Origin: Geobacteraceae bacterium GWC2_55_20
GTDB lineage: Bacteria > Desulfobacterota > Desulfuromonadia > Geobacterales > Pseudopelobacteraceae
Direction of reading: 5' to 3'
Assembly (NCBI GenBank): GCA_001802125.1
Contig: MGZK01000130.1
Location: forward strand, 243-64,242
DNA: 64,000 nucleotides
This document shows, piece after piece, positions 39,441 to 48,938 of this stretch. How positions within the stretch are numbered: position 1 is the first letter of the stretch; every line of letters begins with the position of its first letter. Below the pieces are notes generated by a model that was not told the origin of the DNA, did not search any database, and saw only the letters and a list, made by a program, of their open reading frames with translations. The position numbers and the translations under genes were made by a program.

Positions 39441-41177
39441 ATGAGCAATGCATCTTTTCGCGGAATAACTTTTTCAGCCATCATCCTGCTCGGCATCCTG
39501 TTATACGCCAATACAATCAACTACCCGCAGTTCCTGTTCGACGGAAATATGTTTCTTCTGAACAATCCGCTCTTCAAGAACCTTGATTACTATGCCAAAC
39601 TGTTCGACATACAGGAATTCAGCGGTCTTGATGAAAGTTTGGGACTGTATCCGGATGTAACAACCAACTTCATGATGCGGCCGGTGGCATATTTAACCTT
39701 CTCGATTAATTATCTGATAAGCGGCTTTAATCCTGCTGCCTTCAGATCGGTAAATATTGTCATTCACATTCTCAACTCACTGCTGGTGTTTGCCTGCATC
39801 GAACAGCTTTTGAATTCCATGCCGTCAAACAGGAGTCTCAGCCTGTTCTCCGCCCGTTTTATTCCGACGGCATCCGCTTTCGTATTCCTGCTGCACCCGA
39901 TGCATACGGAATCGGTCACCTATATCACGCAGCGGTTCGCTTCCCTGGCGGCTTTTTTCTATCTTGCGACCATCTGGCTATACCTTTTGTGGTCAAAAAA
40001 AGAACAACGAGGGGAAAAAGGCGGCCTGATTCGTTGGATGTCCGTGGTGGTGCTGCTGCTGGGCATGATGACCAGGGAGTCGTTATTTACCGCGCCAGTT
40101 ATGATCATATTACTGGAACTTACGGTGTTGGGTAACAAAAGCCTGAAGTCCGTTATCAGGAGAGTCGCGCCGCATTTAATGCTTATGCCGATAATTCCAG
40201 TCATGGTCATTTTGGTGAGTGCCGCCCAGGACAGTTCATCTCCCTCGCTTTCCGGAGCCATCAATATCGTAAATTACGTGGATACTCCGATTGCCCATTA
40301 TGCGCTGACCCAGTTGGTGGTGTTAGTCACATACTTAAGACTCTACCTCTTGCCATACGGGCAGAATGTGGATCCAGACCCGCAACTGTACACACATCCA
40401 TTCCAATGGCCGGTTTTAAGCGCCGCTAGCATACTTGTTTTAATGGCCGGTTATGCATTCCATCTTTTCCGCGGAAACCGGAACGATGTACGTTGTGTAC
40501 TGGTATTTGTGGGGGTCGCCTGGTATTTGCTGGCGATTTCGGTTACTTCCAGCTTCATTCCGTTGCCGGATCTGATGGCTGAGCACCGGGCGTACCTTCC
40601 GTCGGTCGGATTCATCATGGCTCTGATATGCATGATCGATATTCTGCGCACAAAGGCCGAATCAACACGAGTAAATAGAATTTTTGTGATCGGGATCTCG
40701 GTATGGTGCATGCTCTTGATTGTCCTGACATACAACAGAAACAAGGTATGGCGTTCACCAGTACGATTATGGAGTGATGCCGTTAAAAAAAGTCCGGCAA
40801 AAGACAGACCCTGGATCAACCTTGGAGTTGCCTACGGAAAATCCGGAAATTTTTTAGAAGCATCGAAGTGTTTTCTGAAAGTCATCGAGATTAATCCGGA
40901 TTGGAGTCAGACATACGAAATGCTGGGCGATTCGTATCTGGAACTCAAGCGATATCAGGAAGCGGTGGATGTGAGTCTTAGAGGGATCGACATTGATCCT
41001 GCCAATCCGGTTATTTACAACAATCTTGGCATTGCGTATGCCGAAATGGGCAAAGAGGAAGATGCCAAACAGGCGTTTTCCACGGCAATTGCTTTGAAAC
41101 CCGGCTATCAGAACGCCATGATAAATCTGGACAGGATGGAGTCTTTTATGGAGTCCAAAATCGGCAGGAGGAAGTAG
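39441..41177 (+). CDS. TMTC-like multi-TM protein with C-terminal TPRs (putative protein glycosyltransferase)
   Basis: MRPVAYLTF.INY, HPMHTESV.YI..R, AEHRAYLPS, RNKVW.S...LW.D, TPR repeats. Confidence 0.8.
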   Translation: MSNASFRGITFSAIILLGILLYANTINYPQFLFDGNMFLLNNPLFKNLDYYAKLFDIQEFSGLDESLGLYPDVTTNFMMRPVAYLTFSINYLISGFNPAAFRSVNIVIHILNSLLVFACIEQLLNSMPSNRSLSLFSARFIPTASAFVFLLHPMHTESVTYITQRFASLAAFFYLATIWLYLLWSKKEQRGEKGGLIRWMSVVVLLLGMMTRESLFTAPVMIILLELTVLGNKSLKSVIRRVAPHLMLMPIIPVMVILVSAAQDSSSPSLSGAINIVNYVDTPIAHYALTQLVVLVTYLRLYLLPYGQNVDPDPQLYTHPFQWPVLSAASILVLMAGYAFHLFRGNRNDVRCVLVFVGVAWYLLAISVTSSFIPLPDLMAEHRAYLPSVGFIMALICMIDILRTKAESTRVNRIFVIGISVWCMLLIVLTYNRNKVWRSPVRLWSDAVKKSPAKDRPWINLGVAYGKSGNFLEASKCFLKVIEINPDWSQTYEMLGDSYLELKRYQEAVDVSLRGIDIDPANPVIYNNLGIAYAEMGKEEDAKQAFSTAIALKPGYQNAMINLDRMESFMESKIGRRK

Positions 41178-41180
41178 TTC

Positions 41181-43142
41181 TCACCAGACATACTCCCCGG
41201 CGATCTCGCGTTTGTCCTTGCCGGCCAGGATGTGCATCACCCTCATCCGCCTGAGTTTGACCGGCGACAGCGAACCGAGCGGGATGTAGACAATCCGCCG
41301 GTCCAGCCGGGCAGCCATCTGCTTGAAGATGCTGCGCGGCGGCTTGGCGGCGGCATAGACCACGTATTTTTCAGTCGAATAATCCAGGGCCGCCATCAGC
41401 AGGACTTCGGCCCGACTGGCGGCCAGGCGGTAATCCGGATCTTCCCAGACATCCAGCATGCGCCGCGGCGGATAGGACAACAGGAAACCGCCGTACTCGC
41501 AGCGACAGATGCCGGGACCAACCACATTCTCGGCCGGATCGGTGGCATAGAAGGCCATGTCCGACTCCTGGTCATGCTCCCCGAGCCAGGTCATGCGATA
41601 GGGGAATTTCCGGTTGCGGCGATCCTCATCGAAAACCACAACCAGACACCCCACCCCACCCCTGGCCCGCAGCTGTTCCCGGACGTAAATCGCCCCTTCG
41701 TGGATGTTGCGCATGGTTTCGCGGATATCGATGCCATCCAGCATCGAGCCGCAGAACTTTTCGCTGCGGCTCAGCTCTTCCGAAAGCTGCATGCTTCCCT
41801 TGCGCTTCAGGAACCGGCCGTAATCTTCGATCGCCAGGTCTTCGGGCGGATAGGAACAGATCGAGGGATCGTCAAAGCCTTCCAGCCATTCGCCCGGCCG
41901 CCGTTCCCGTTTGCGTTTAAGAAATCCGAAACGGGAGAGTCCCTTGTCCCGCTTCTGGCGCGGCCGGAAGCGGATCCTGCGGCTGCCGCCCCAGATTTCT
42001 TCCGGAGAGATCCTGATCGTGCCCAGATCGCTGCTCTCCTGCTGCCAGGGGTAGCAGACCGCCAGGCGGCAGAAGGCATAGGCGAAGTTGTCATCGATAC
42101 AGCCCCGCGCTGCGGCCAGCATTTGGAACAGGTCCGGCAGCAGCATGCCGCCGGCCAGGGCATAGTTGCGGGCAAAGCGGAAAAAAGCCCGCTTTTGCCA
42201 GAGGTGCAGGCTTTCTCCGGTTTCCTGGCGATAGTGGCGGGCCGCCTCGCTGAACAGGCGGTAGATGACCCGCTGCCGGTCGAGAAAAAGGCCTTCGCAC
42301 CCCAGGTGGCGCGCTGTCCGGCGGATGGCGTTGTCCAGCAGCTGTTCCTCGGGGACTTCCTGTTTACCGCCGCTGATCAGCTCCAGCGCATGAAACCGTT
42401 TGCGCAGACCGGCGCCGTTCTCCAGCGGCTCGTCCGGCAACGCTGAGCGGCGATACTCATGAACCGCTGACAGAAAGGGAAACTCGGCCAGGATCTCGCC
42501 GCACGATTCGGGATGCAGGTTGAAGACGCCGACACCCTCGCGCCGGACCCGCTCCAGCGGTGCCGCCAGCGGGGTATGGTAGTGTTGCTTGATCCGCTCC
42601 AGGTGGGCCATGCCGCAGACCAGAAGAACCCGCTGGTGCCGGCGGGCAAGCTCCTGCAGCCGGAAGGCCATGCCCTGCTCGCGGCGCCGGTCCTCTCGGT
42701 CGGGGAGCTGATCGCCGCAGGCGGCGCGGTATTCGCGATAGTAGGCCTCCAGTCCGATGCGGCAGATGCTGTAGGAGTCGGGCAACTGTTCCGCGTGACG
42801 GGGGTAGCTGTCGCTGTCCACATCGATCAGATGCAGCGGCAGACCCTGCTCAAGAGCCAGCCGGGCGGCCTCCACCAGCGGGTCGGCCGGTTCCACCAGC
42901 AGGTAGACGGTCTCTTCCTTTTCCTTTGTTTTGCACCGGTAGCTGATAACCGAAATCTGCGGCAGGCGCCGCAAGGCCCTTAGAAAAGGGACCTCCAGCG
43001 TATGGGGCAGTTCGATCGCCACCGCATCCGGCCGGACCCGCTGAAAAGCCATCCGCGCCAGTTGGGCAAACTCCATCCGGTAATGCAGCACCGGCAGGGC
43101 CTGGATCGGGCCGAATTGTTCGAGATACAGGCGTTGGGGCAT
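41181..43142 (-). CDS. Uncharacterised 653-aa protein with TraB/GumN/DUF5682-like N-terminus
   Basis: PDAVAIELP, RREQGMA, LVCGMAH; 2 nt downstream of the AAA gene. Confidence 0.8.
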   Translation of the reverse strand: MPQRLYLEQFGPIQALPVLHYRMEFAQLARMAFQRVRPDAVAIELPHTLEVPFLRALRRLPQISVISYRCKTKEKEETVYLLVEPADPLVEAARLALEQGLPLHLIDVDSDSYPRHAEQLPDSYSICRIGLEAYYREYRAACGDQLPDREDRRREQGMAFRLQELARRHQRVLLVCGMAHLERIKQHYHTPLAAPLERVRREGVGVFNLHPESCGEILAEFPFLSAVHEYRRSALPDEPLENGAGLRKRFHALELISGGKQEVPEEQLLDNAIRRTARHLGCEGLFLDRQRVIYRLFSEAARHYRQETGESLHLWQKRAFFRFARNYALAGGMLLPDLFQMLAAARGCIDDNFAYAFCRLAVCYPWQQESSDLGTIRISPEEIWGGSRRIRFRPRQKRDKGLSRFGFLKRKRERRPGEWLEGFDDPSICSYPPEDLAIEDYGRFLKRKGSMQLSEELSRSEKFCGSMLDGIDIRETMRNIHEGAIYVREQLRARGGVGCLVVVFDEDRRNRKFPYRMTWLGEHDQESDMAFYATDPAENVVGPGICRCEYGGFLLSYPPRRMLDVWEDPDYRLAASRAEVLLMAALDYSTEKYVVYAAAKPPRSIFKQMAARLDRRIVYIPLGSLSPVKLRRMRVMHILAGKDKREIAGEYVW

Positions 43143-43144
43143 GG

Positions 43145-43963
43145 TCAGGCCAGATACGGCAGGGCTTCGTCCCCCAGGATGCGCTGCACCGCCAGCCTGA
43201 GCAGGTCGCGGGGCGGCTGGCCGCCGGCCGCGGACATCTTGAGGGCATAGCGGGCGATGTTGATGCCGTCCCGGACAGAGTAGAGTTCATCGGCGGCGTG
43301 GGAGCGTTGCAGGAAGTCCACCACGTATTTGAGGATGCCGCTGTCGGCAAAGGGGAGGTTTTCCTGCAGGATCACCAGCTCCTCGTCGGCTTCGGGAAAG
43401 TCGATGTAGATCTGGGGCTGCAGGCGGGAATGGATGTATTCGGGGATCTCGAAGGTCGAGGCATCCTCGTTCATCGTGACCACGATCCGGAAATCACGCT
43501 GGGCCGGAATCCGCAGTCCGGTAACGATTGACTCCACGTAGCGGCGATCGTCCAGAAGTGGCGCCAGCGAGGCCCAGGCCTTTTCGCTCATGCGGTTGCC
43601 CTCGTCCAGGATCAGCACCCCGCCGGTCAGCATGGCCGAAACCAGTGACGAGGCGGCATACTGGATCCTGCCGTCCGGTCCGATCACCGGTGTCACGATC
43701 AGATCCTCGGGACGGGTGTCCATTGTGGCCTGGTACAGATAGACCGGCCTTTCCAGGCGCCGGGCGGCGGCATAGGCCAGCGTGGTCTTGCCCACCCCAG
43801 GCTTGCCGATCAGGCGCGGGTTGAATGGAATGTCCCGTTCATCGATCACCATCCAGGCCGCCAGCAGTTGCCGCAGCAGCTCTTCCTGGCCGACCCATTT
43901 CAGATTGAGTTCCACCGGACCTGCCAGAGAGAGTGTTATGCCATCCAGTGTTACCTTTTCCAT
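43145..43963 (-). CDS. MoxR/AAA_5-type ATPase
   Basis: GKPGVGKT, LILDEGNR, VTMN, SRL, YSVRD. Confidence 0.9.
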   Translation of the reverse strand: MEKVTLDGITLSLAGPVELNLKWVGQEELLRQLLAAWMVIDERDIPFNPRLIGKPGVGKTTLAYAAARRLERPVYLYQATMDTRPEDLIVTPVIGPDGRIQYAASSLVSAMLTGGVLILDEGNRMSEKAWASLAPLLDDRRYVESIVTGLRIPAQRDFRIVVTMNEDASTFEIPEYIHSRLQPQIYIDFPEADEELVILQENLPFADSGILKYVVDFLQRSHAADELYSVRDGINIARYALKMSAAGGQPPRDLLRLAVQRILGDEALPYLA

Positions 43964-43994
43964 AAAAGAGGCTCCGCGGTTTGATTTTTACCGA

Positions 43995-44597
43995 TCACTT
44001 GAAGGCCGCCACCTGGGCCTGATAGACCGTCACCGGCACATAGCGCACCGCGAACTCCACCGTGCATCTGGCGCAGGCCACGAAGAACGGCTTGCCGTTT
44101 TTACCCTTCTCCAGCGCCAGTTCATGCTTGTGGTTGCAATAGGGGCAGTTGGCAACGACAATATTCTGGGGCAGCGGCCTGGCCTCCGTCTTTTTAATGG
44201 TCTTGGCGGCGGGCTTCGCTGCTGGAGAGGTATCTGGCTGGACAGATGTTTTTAAATCCTGAGGAGATGTTTCGGACAGCTCCATTTCGGCCGGTTCGAT
44301 CTTTTTCATTTTGGGTCGCTCCTTTTTTATCGATGTTGTTACCGGCAGATTTTCCTCTTCCGGATGCACGATTACAGTAACGGGAGGGGGAAGAATGCCC
44401 TTGATGGCCTTCTTCCAGATTGTCGGCAGCGAAGTTTTGGAGTAGTGCAACGGTCTGACACCCTTCATCTTCGCGGCCCCGCCCTCGATCACATAGTACT
44501 TGTCACGATACGATACCAGAGTCTGAGCGCCGATTTCCGCCACCTTGAATCCCGATGATATCTTGTTGTCGAGCCAGAAAGTGACCGTTTCTTCCAT
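43995..44597 (-). CDS. Hypothetical protein with C-terminal zinc ribbon
   Basis: CPYC...CARC after a low-complexity linker; GGAGG RBS. Confidence 0.75.
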   Translation of the reverse strand: MEETVTFWLDNKISSGFKVAEIGAQTLVSYRDKYYVIEGGAAKMKGVRPLHYSKTSLPTIWKKAIKGILPPPVTVIVHPEEENLPVTTSIKKERPKMKKIEPAEMELSETSPQDLKTSVQPDTSPAAKPAAKTIKKTEARPLPQNIVVANCPYCNHKHELALEKGKNGKPFFVACARCTVEFAVRYVPVTVYQAQVAAFK

Positions 44598-44934
44598 AAA
44601 TTACCCTCCTGTAGTTACCGTGCGCCGAATTGTTGATGTGACGGATCCGCAAATGATGGAAAATTGATCCACGAAAAATATCACAGACCTGCTCAAAATT
44701 CTAATCCTTAAGCACGCGGCCTGAAAACATGCCCGCCAACACGCCACCATTTCATGCAAAATCGAATCAATAAGTAAACTTTACTCGGCAGCGGAGATAT
44801 TTTGTGCGGCGCTTCTTTATTCGTGTGCATTGTCGATAGTTTTTTTGTAATATCCGCAAGAAAGCACAGCTCAATTGGGGCGTGACATGGGTCAGGCAAA
44901 AAGTCCGATCACTTCAAAACCGTAGGAGCAGTAT

Positions 44935-45087
44935 ATGTTTGCAAAGATTCTCGGAGTCATATTCGCACTGTTTATCATCTGTTTTGTGGCAATTGTAATC
45001 GAGGAACTTTTTCTGGGTGGAAGGAGACTGCGGCTCGCAAAAAAAGCCAGCATTCAACAGAAAAGGACAGATATAGATAATGTGTAA
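44935..45087 (+). CDS. 50-aa single-TM small protein (below the track cutoff)
   Basis: AGGAG RBS; MFAKILGVIFALFIICFVAIVIEELFLGGRRLRLAKK... Confidence 0.65.
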   Translation: MFAKILGVIFALFIICFVAIVIEELFLGGRRLRLAKKASIQQKRTDIDNV

Positions 45088-45142
45088 CGGTTTGGAACTC
45101 TGCCGCTGATGATTAACTTATTTGATTAACCTGGGAGAATGA

Positions 45143-45448
45143 ATGCAGGAAGAACTTTTCAAAACATTGCCGGACAGTTACATAAAAGGCATTTTCGATG
45201 TAACCACCGTTTTCTATTTTTCCGTGGGAGATACAAAGAAAACACTAACCCTTGACAGCCAAGGATGCCACATCCGTGACGGAAAACCCGAGGTGGAAGC
45301 AGACTGCAGTTGCGCAACCAGCCCCGCAATATTTAACAAAATCTGGAATGAAGGCTATCGCCCAGGGATCATGGACTTCATGTCCGGCAAGATCAAATCC
45401 GATGCGCCGCTTTTGCTGAAACAGTTCCTGCTGGCCTTCGGCAAGTAG
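45143..45448 (+). CDS. SCP2 sterol-carrier-like protein
   Basis: DGKPEVEADC, MDFMSGKIKSD; GGAG RBS. Confidence 0.7.
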   Translation: MQEELFKTLPDSYIKGIFDVTTVFYFSVGDTKKTLTLDSQGCHIRDGKPEVEADCSCATSPAIFNKIWNEGYRPGIMDFMSGKIKSDAPLLLKQFLLAFGK

Positions 45449-45460
45449 TTAAAGTCCCTG

Positions 45461-45501
45461 AGAGGGCGTTTTTCTGACTCTGTGCAGACCAAGCGCCCTC
45501 T
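45461..45501. terminator. Hairpin between convergent genes
   Basis: AGAGGGCG...CGCCCTCT. Confidence 0.55.
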
Positions 45502-45507
45502 TTAAGT

Positions 45508-46827
45508 CTATTCTCCGCTGTACAGCCACATCTGAGCTTCACGAGGCGGTATCGCAAGCGTGATACTGCCGCCATCCAACTGCATCCGATATCCGTGAAT
45601 CTGGCAACGATAACTTCCATGACGCACTCCATCGACAAAAATGGCCGGATATTGCCAGGAACCGGTCTTGTTGATCGCAACCATACCGGTCTCGCCACGG
45701 GCAAACACCAGGAATCCGTCATCATCGTATAATGAAAGTTGCTTTTGGCCATGCAGCGCGTTATGAAAGCGGAGCATCGCCGCCGTATCATCCCGGCACC
45801 ACGAATTTGCCCAGCGGTTACGGTCCTCCCGGTACCGGCCGGCACTCTGATTGTTGTCGGAGTAGACCAGCGGCACACCGCCATCACGCCCCATCAGGTA
45901 AACATTTGCCAGGTACTCGTCCTGGGGTTGCAACATCACGCCACGGAAACCGTCATTATTTGGCATATCATGGGTAACGCTGAAAGTAACCGCACGCCAC
46001 CACGGCAGCGCCTGGCCGAAGCTGGCCGGGTCCACTAGCTCGCGCATGCTGCCACCCGGAGAAAAAGCCCGGCGCAGGGTCTCGTGCAGCGGGAAATCGT
46101 AAAAAGACAAATACGAATTATCGAAAAGGGGCCAGAGAAAAACTCTCTCTTCATTGTCATTGGAGGTCAGCGCCTCGCCGAACAGAAACTTGCCGGCCAT
46201 GTCGGGGGTTTCGAACACGTTGCGAAGATGCTCCTCCGGCAGGTGTTTGACGGCGTCCACCCGGTAGCCGTCCATTCCCATCCCGTTCAGCGCCCGCAGG
46301 CACTGGCGCTGCTGTTCAATCACCCATTGGTTGAGATCGAGGTCTGGCAATCCCGAAAGTGAATGTTCCGTCGCCTCATGGGCATCCATCCAGTTCTGTA
46401 TGTTGCCATCCGAGTTGAAGTCCCACGGAGAGAACAGACCTTCGTCAAGGTTGCCGTACAGGCGGTCTCTTTCAAACCCTCCTTTCTCCAGCTGATAACG
46501 TGCAAGCTCGGCATCACCTGGAAAGTGAAGCCTGTCCGGCCTGGCTTCATTGGCCATATGGTTGAAAACGATATCCGCGTACACGCGCACCCCGTAACCG
46601 TGCAGCGCCGCAATCATCTTTTCAAGATCGGCCTTGTTGCCCAGGTGAGAGCGCAGAATCCGGTAGTCCTTGGGCTGGTAGCGCTGCCACCATTCGGTTC
46701 CGGATTCATCACTGTATAAGGGCGGTGGAATCAGCACAGCCCCGTAGCCTAGCCCGGCAATCCTGCCGGCATTATCAGCTATGTCGTTATATTTCCAGTC
46801 AAAAGCATGCAGGATTACATCGTTCAT
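45508..46827 (-). CDS. GH13 alpha-amylase, no signal peptide
   Basis: WWQRYQP, DIVFNHM, GYRVDAVKH, GE, VTHD. Confidence 0.9.
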   Translation of the reverse strand: MNDVILHAFDWKYNDIADNAGRIAGLGYGAVLIPPPLYSDESGTEWWQRYQPKDYRILRSHLGNKADLEKMIAALHGYGVRVYADIVFNHMANEARPDRLHFPGDAELARYQLEKGGFERDRLYGNLDEGLFSPWDFNSDGNIQNWMDAHEATEHSLSGLPDLDLNQWVIEQQRQCLRALNGMGMDGYRVDAVKHLPEEHLRNVFETPDMAGKFLFGEALTSNDNEERVFLWPLFDNSYLSFYDFPLHETLRRAFSPGGSMRELVDPASFGQALPWWRAVTFSVTHDMPNNDGFRGVMLQPQDEYLANVYLMGRDGGVPLVYSDNNQSAGRYREDRNRWANSWCRDDTAAMLRFHNALHGQKQLSLYDDDGFLVFARGETGMVAINKTGSWQYPAIFVDGVRHGSYRCQIHGYRMQLDGGSITLAIPPREAQMWLYSGE

Positions 46828-47035
46828 GGCAGCTCCTTTCCAGCAGGCAGGATATTAGAATACAACAAGCAACATCACTCTAAATACGGTTTACAGGCAG
46901 GTCAAGCATTCTAATTATCGGCGATTACCTCCCCTGAAAGCAGCGATACTTTTACTTGCAAATCAAGATTCGGATTGATATAAATTTTTGCTTAGGCACA
47001 GTTTTCAACACAATCAAGGAGTTGACCATCCAGAA

Positions 47036-48016
47036 ATGAAAATGGTTTTATGGTTCATACAGGCACTCATCTTTTATCTGTTTACCATTTTATTCGCCAT
47101 GATTCCGCAATCTGGAATCCGATCAACCGGCAGACTGTTATCAAGGATGAGCACCGTTCTGATTCCGAAGAGAAGGCAGATTGCAATCGACAATATTCGC
47201 CAGGCCCTGCCGGCAATGTCAAAGGATCCGGATTGGAATTTGCCTGATCAATCACCGGAAGATATTTCGCGCAACATGTTTGATCATCTGGCCATGTCAT
47301 TGATTGAAACCGCGCGCCTGTACCACGGACGCGGCACAAAAATCATCGAGCAGGTTGAGATTCGCGGGGCGGAACATGTAGAGAGGGCAAAAGCGCGGGG
47401 CAAAGGGGTAATCTTCCTGACCGGGCATTGCGGCAACTGGGAACTGGCGGCATTGGGCTTGGCCCACCACTTCAAATCGACCATGTCGGTCGTGGCAAGG
47501 CGCCAGGACAGCCCCTATCTGAACAGCATGGTTGAGAAGATGCGACAACGCTACGACAACAACATCATCTACAAGGACAAGGCCTTCAAAAGCATGTTGT
47601 CGGTCTTTCGCAACAACGGCATGGTCGGCATCCTGGTGGACCAGGCGGTATTCCCCGAGGACGGCGCCCTGATCAACTTCCTCGGGCGCAAAGCCTGGGC
47701 GTCAAAAGCGCCGGTCGTGCTGGCACGCAAATCAGGAACCGCTGTGTTGCCGGCCTTTATCCATCGTGAAGAGGATCGGCATGTGATCGAGATTCAGCCC
47801 GAACTTTCCTTCTCAGGCGACAACTCCGCCTCAGGAATGACCGCGGATGTGCAACTCTATTCAAATGCCATCGAGAATTTCATCATCCGCCACCCCTACG
47901 ACTGGTACTGGGTGCACCGCCGCTGGAAAAGGGCCGGACAAACTGTCGATGCCTCTGAACCGGCCATGTCACCCAGGCATCTGCTTTCGGCGCATGAAAC
48001 ACGCATGACAACTTGA
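47036..48016 (+). CDS. Lipid A late acyltransferase (LpxL/HtrB family)
   Basis: HCGNWE, LVDQ, WYWVHRRWK. Confidence 0.9.
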   Translation: MKMVLWFIQALIFYLFTILFAMIPQSGIRSTGRLLSRMSTVLIPKRRQIAIDNIRQALPAMSKDPDWNLPDQSPEDISRNMFDHLAMSLIETARLYHGRGTKIIEQVEIRGAEHVERAKARGKGVIFLTGHCGNWELAALGLAHHFKSTMSVVARRQDSPYLNSMVEKMRQRYDNNIIYKDKAFKSMLSVFRNNGMVGILVDQAVFPEDGALINFLGRKAWASKAPVVLARKSGTAVLPAFIHREEDRHVIEIQPELSFSGDNSASGMTADVQLYSNAIENFIIRHPYDWYWVHRRWKRAGQTVDASEPAMSPRHLLSAHETRMTT

Positions 48017-48031
48017 AAGGAGAGATAAATC

Positions 48032-48217
48032 ATGATTTGCACAATCAATCAATTTGAGGATGTGCTGGCCAAATTCAAATATTTCGCCGAGTCCGCGGAT
48101 ATGCCTCTATCATCGGAAGCTGAAAGTCTCAGGCAGGAATTGATCGTGATCTGTGTGGAATTACTTGCTGTGGTGCGGGAAGAGATGCAGGCAAATGCAG
48201 ATTCGGTGATTAAATGA
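48032..48217 (+). CDS. Small helical hypothetical protein
   Basis: AAGGAG RBS, 61 aa directly after the acyltransferase. Confidence 0.55.
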   Translation: MICTINQFEDVLAKFKYFAESADMPLSSEAESLRQELIVICVELLAVVREEMQANADSVIK

Positions 48218-48260
48218 TCATCCTGGACAGGTAATCAGGGTCGTTGTCACAGTTCCCTGG

Positions 48261-48419
48261 TCACCTGCGGTTTTGATAATAGCTCTCCTGTTTGGACCAG
48301 ATCAATTCAGTTGCGCGGTCTAAAACTGATTTAAGGTCTTGAAGCGGGGTGCGCTGGTATCGATTGGCAATTCTGTTCAAGACTTTACGGGTCTCAACCG
48401 GATTCATGTACCATGGCAT
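48261..48419 (-). CDS. 52-aa small protein (not in track)
   Basis: AAAGGAGG RBS; MPWYMNPVETRKVLNRIANRYQRTPLQDLKSVLDRATELIWSKQESYYQNRR. Confidence 0.6.
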   Translation of the reverse strand: MPWYMNPVETRKVLNRIANRYQRTPLQDLKSVLDRATELIWSKQESYYQNRR

Positions 48420-48492
48420 TTGAGATTCCCTCCTTTCCTCATGTCTATCAAACTTGGGCTGCTCCGGTAGTCAAAAGTTACTTTCCGCCTTA

Positions 48493-48552
48493 TTACGGAA
48501 TAAATAACTTTGACAGCCCGGAATCCAGTTGGCAAATCCAGAATACTTCCAT
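48493..48552 (-). CDS. Possible 19-aa peptide
   Basis: AAGGAG RBS; MEVFWICQLDSGLSKLFIP; just downstream of a sigma54 motif. Confidence 0.35.
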   Translation of the reverse strand: MEVFWICQLDSGLSKLFIP

Positions 48553-48579
48553 AATCCCGACTCCTTACAGCCATTTTTC

Positions 48580-48595
48580 TGCATAGATCACGCCA
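48580..48595 (-). promoter_or_regulatory. Putative sigma54 promoter
   Basis: Minus strand TGGCGTGATCTATGCA (GG-N10-GC). Confidence 0.6.
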
Positions 48596-48668
48596 AACAG
48601 GTTTTGTTTAACAGTTTAAGTATCTTAACATAATTCAAGCCCAAGCTTGTATTCCTTCGGCGTCCTGC

Positions 48669-48718
48669 TGTCGATCTTTTTTACACTTTCTGAAGGAGTC
48701 TGTGTAGAAATTCCGACA
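48669..48718. promoter_or_regulatory. Pair of putative enhancer-binding-protein sites
   Basis: TGTCGATCTTTTTTACA (48669-48685) and TGTAGAAATTCCGACA (48703-48718), inverted relative to each other. Confidence 0.5.
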
Positions 48719-48938
48719 TTACGGAAACACCAGCTGCGCCGCACTTTCCGGTCAAACAACTGTACAAGCATGGGACAAAATTGACAGGATCTATCGGAGC
48801 CATGGTTGGGGAGATCATTCATCGTGTTGAATACCGGGGAACTTGATAATTAAGAACGGGAGAGCAATTTTCGATTGTACTCGAAAAATAATTTTAAAAA
48901 AAGACTGTTAATTCAATTCCACGGTGCTATATTTGAAC

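Noticed and set aside
41232..42446. Long antisense ORFs (also 10622-11692, 16938-18095, 62338-63327)
   Set aside because: Mirror frames of GC-rich genes with no independent motifs.
48625..48822. 65-aa track ORF
   Set aside because: No recognisable motifs, and it overlies the putative enhancer sites.
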